From the NCBI GenBank assembly GCA_945893045.1, contig CAMDEA010000004.1, positions 40,717 to 104,716 on the forward strand: a stretch of 64,000 nucleotides of DNA, written 5' to 3'. The notes under the pieces were generated by a model that saw only the letters and a list, made by a program, of their open reading frames with translations, had not been told where the DNA came from and made no database searches. The translations under genes were made by a program, and so were the position numbers. Position 1 is the first letter of the stretch; every line of letters begins with the position of its first letter. Below are positions 62,501 to 64,000 of this stretch, piece by piece. Source of the DNA: Planctomyces sp. SH-PL62 (GTDB taxonomy: Bacteria > Planctomycetota > Planctomycetia > Planctomycetales > Planctomycetaceae).

Positions 62501-64000
62501 CCATCCAACACGGCAACCGACCGAACGTTGTTGGTCGGCAGTCCCTCGTCCACGCCAATGCGACGCGGCGTGCCGTTGGCCAGCGGGAACATCACAATCC
62601 CGGCTCCGTCGGTGGCGACGAAGAGCGTCTCCTTTTCAACGCACATCGACGTGACGAGTTGTGTCGCGAAAAAAGTCGGCCGCGTCGCGACGGAAAGTTT
62701 CAATTCGGTCTTCGCCAGCAATGACGCCTCGCCGCCCGACAACGGCACTCGGACGAGCTGCAACTCACGCTGCGCCCCTTCCACCTTCGTCGCGACACAA
62801 TAAGCGTCGTCCTCGATCACGATCATCCCGACCAATTCGCTCAATTGCCGAAACCGACCCAAGTCAAACACCTTCGTCGCCTGCGACCACGGCCGCGACG
62901 GCGGTTCTGCCGCGGCATCCGGATGGTGTTGCCGCCAGTCGGTCAGCGCGGCCTGATAGTTGTTCTTCAATCGTGCCCGCTCTTCGGGCGGTTCGCGAAA
63001 ATGCGGCGAGTCCAAAACAAACAGCGCCTTCTCAAACAACTCCGATTGCTTGCGGTCGCTCGCGGCATTCACTGCGATGCCCATGACTTTGCCATGCAGA
63101 TCGAAGCGAGCCAGCATGAACTCGCAGAAGGCGATCGCTTCGCGTGCAACGAATTCGTCGTTCGTCTTGCCCGGCATCGCGTCGAGCGCTCCCGGCCACG
63201 CTTCGTAAACCGTGTACCGAGTCCGCTCCGCATCCCAAGGTTCCGGCGACGTGACAATCTCCTGAGCCAACTGCCGGTACTCGGCGGCGAAGCGGCGTTG
63301 CCCCTCGTCCTCCGAGATCGTTCCGAGCAATACCTCGCCTCGAAGCTGAGCCAGCACTCCGTACAACCGCACGATCGGCCGCGAGTGCGTTCGCATCGCC
63401 GCGTGCTGTGATGTCATCAGCCGTGCGAACACCGGCTCATCGAGCTTGCCGGTCCAAGTGTTTGGCCCGACGAAATACGACAGCAACATGTCCAACCCCG
63501 CCGCGCCGTCGGTCGTGTTGAACTGCGGCTGCCAATTCTTCGTGACCGCCAGCCAACGTTCGGAAATCTGGCCGATCGCGCGAGCGTACTGCTCGGTATC
63601 GACCGAAGCCGCGCGGATGACATTCAACTCGTGCAACGTATTCAGCCCATAATTGTCGAGCAGGTTCGGGTCCGCCCCAGCCTTCGCCGCCAAGCCCGCG
63701 ATGTAATCCAGTCCGCGCTGACGGAACGCCTGCAAGACCTCGTCGATCCGTTTCTTCCTCGGCGATTCCGACGCATTCCGCAGCCCACGCAGCCGATCGC
63801 CCAGATAACCGAGTGGCTGATTGAACGTGACCCAATGTGCCGATGGCCGAGTCAATCGCGCGTTGATCTCGATCGCGCGACTGGCGTGCGTCAGCAGCGT
63901 GTCAAGCACCGCGTCTTCGACCTGCGCGTCCATCCAAAACCGCTCGCTGCTGACAGAAACAATGTTGTGCCGCTCCGGCCAGAACAGGAACTTCGCGTAA
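59542..64000 (-). CDS. Giant protein: helical N-terminal region + Reg_prop-like beta-propeller + two tandem ~357-aa units of carboxypeptidase-regulatory-like beta-sandwich domains; 5' end possibly beyond the window
   Basis: The track gives 59542..63933. My translation of 63934..64000 in the same frame (YAKFLFWPERHNIVSVSSERFW-MDAQ) has no stop, so the ORF may start outside the window. Propeller: LFVATDGAGIVMFPLANGTPRRIGVDEGLPTNNVRSVAVLDGKIYAGIGDGYLIAYDL. Sandwich domains: TGTVVDENGKPVAGARLIL..TDANGRFVLDQL, LSGRVIGL..LDAEGRFRIDDLIPG. Confidence 0.85.
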   Translation of the reverse strand, partial: YAKFLFWPERHNIVSVSSERFWMDAQVEDAVLDTLLTHASRAIEINARLTRPSAHWVTFNQPLGYLGDRLRGLRNASESPRKKRIDEVLQAFRQRGLDYIAGLAAKAGADPNLLDNYGLNTLHELNVIRAASVDTEQYARAIGQISERWLAVTKNWQPQFNTTDGAAGLDMLLSYFVGPNTWTGKLDEPVFARLMTSQHAAMRTHSRPIVRLYGVLAQLRGEVLLGTISEDEGQRRFAAEYRQLAQEIVTSPEPWDAERTRYTVYEAWPGALDAMPGKTNDEFVAREAIAFCEFMLARFDLHGKVMGIAVNAASDRKQSELFEKALFVLDSPHFREPPEERARLKNNYQAALTDWRQHHPDAAAEPPSRPWSQATKVFDLGRFRQLSELVGMIVIEDDAYCVATKVEGAQRELQLVRVPLSGGEASLLAKTELKLSVATRPTFFATQLVTSMCVEKETLFVATDGAGIVMFPLANGTPRRIGVDEGLPTNNVRSVAVLDGKIYAGIGDGYLIAYDLAQNRCDVLASSRRKQKLSPFDDRKPFRVPMLIADSARKRIVFAIGDHLWQLTPADGRFTELLNIVEADQGTWGPKLSGDNIVWTGPLRGDRVVISNMSCTIEVDLARVQAKVLRSPDVGNFLMESPPLVVDGFLWSASPFARLSLDRHEYTKLPSPDNGSERFAPRVGFDLLANGRQFVAADSRTIWRLDLGTGSPVNKSPDGQVARATMPNASARSTPYVPLAKCLVKALIQTEDKVRLDAEQCAVLFQSFQNPSDRNGETVYGNSSGLRVKLDGGLAQAEMQPGMISLGILAPGYAPAIVGLREGKAKETLDLGTITLKRGFDWRFTIQNDVGQPVPNAEVSAVCRFTEVATSTASGADGAARLPHAAEAEYSLIVRAPGHQPMAFAKVPARADRVTTLKLLRARPTTGTVVDENGKPVAGARLILKSGSYGVGNGREIAKTDANGRFVLDQLKDAQHTIHVEVEDRTRFGRTDVTGGQTDQVWKLLPLIRLSGRVIGLSPQDRRQLKYSQRILNERGQPAVSLFSGEINLDAEGRFRIDDLIPGVIQLEGFRRFFEVELPKTNDDYVIDLAAPMPTQPIPTAPAKVAVPFASTTPKTCIVQATIVTEDDQPLGSDGTCWIKSHSGPYTSGKETHYGSVSGQGPSIRTGKLAARVDAGMISACITVPGYAPTIVELKEAKPGETLDLGTITLKRGFTWNVAVLNDANQPVPNAEVAAVCRFGNFPIKLASDAEGQVRLDHAAQDEYTFTIRAPGHQPTGGIKLRAVEGEPAKLKIPRAQPTSGRVVDENDQPVAGAPILLLYDRIGSYYPNAREMTKTDPDGKFVLNQLADKLPCTMRVDVDGKPRLVLTNVEGGKADQVWKLLPSLTLSGRIEGLTAGGDRTLRFDQHCKDHRGNLSGSFFSGVTKVDADGKFQIEGLLPGKIRLTGFRRYTYVDLPKSRDDFVLDLNVPEPSQPNKTLTPRPESK
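59578..61775 (-). repeat. Intragenic tandem duplication (two ~1.07-kb units)
   Basis: Unit 1 is 60709..61775 (CLVKALIQTED...GMISLGILAPGYAPAIVGLREGKAKETLDLGTITLKRGFDW...DYVIDLAAPMPTQP). Unit 2 is 59578..60651 (CIVQATIVTEDD...GMISACITVPGYAPTIVELKEAKPGETLDLGTITLKRGFTW...DFVLDLNVPEPSQP). The units are colinear along their whole length and diverged. Confidence 0.9.

Noticed and set aside
1-64000. tRNA, rRNA, transposase, integrase, prophage or toxin-antitoxin genes
   Set aside because: None is recognisable by eye in any frame. The absence of a transposase means the repeats cannot be tied to a mobilising enzyme within this window.

Overview
GC-rich chromosomal segment with gene content typical of Planctomycetota (Pirellula/Rhodopirellula-like): two PSCyt1/DUF1549/DUF1553 + DUF1501 gene pairs, an arylsulfatase and many giant secreted multidomain proteins. 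I recognised no rRNA, tRNA, CRISPR, transposase or phage genes. I call 27 CDS (two run off the window edges), two probable gene relics, one candidate TetR operator and about 20 palindromic repeat elements. Three things stand out. (1) A ~19 kb, ten-gene minus-strand operon (31187..50035) with stop/start overlaps at most junctions. It embeds the MoxR-DUF58-BatA/vWA core among six further large extracytoplasmic proteins: DUF4175-like, beta-propeller-like, small beta-sandwich, PA14-PKD-TPR, parallel beta-helix and double DUF4159. (2) Three consecutive giant minus-strand ORFs (52465..>64000). Two are full-length paralogues with twin CsgG/LpoB-like N-terminal modules and no recognisable catalytic motif. 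(3) A dense, diverse population of REP/REPIN-like palindromes from at least eight sequence families, several with the GTAG...CTAC termini characteristic of RAYT-mobilised REPs. They sit on the first codons of cistrons and, in at least four cases, in frame inside long ORFs. All functional calls rest on my own reading of the translations and raw sequence; no database search or computation was possible.
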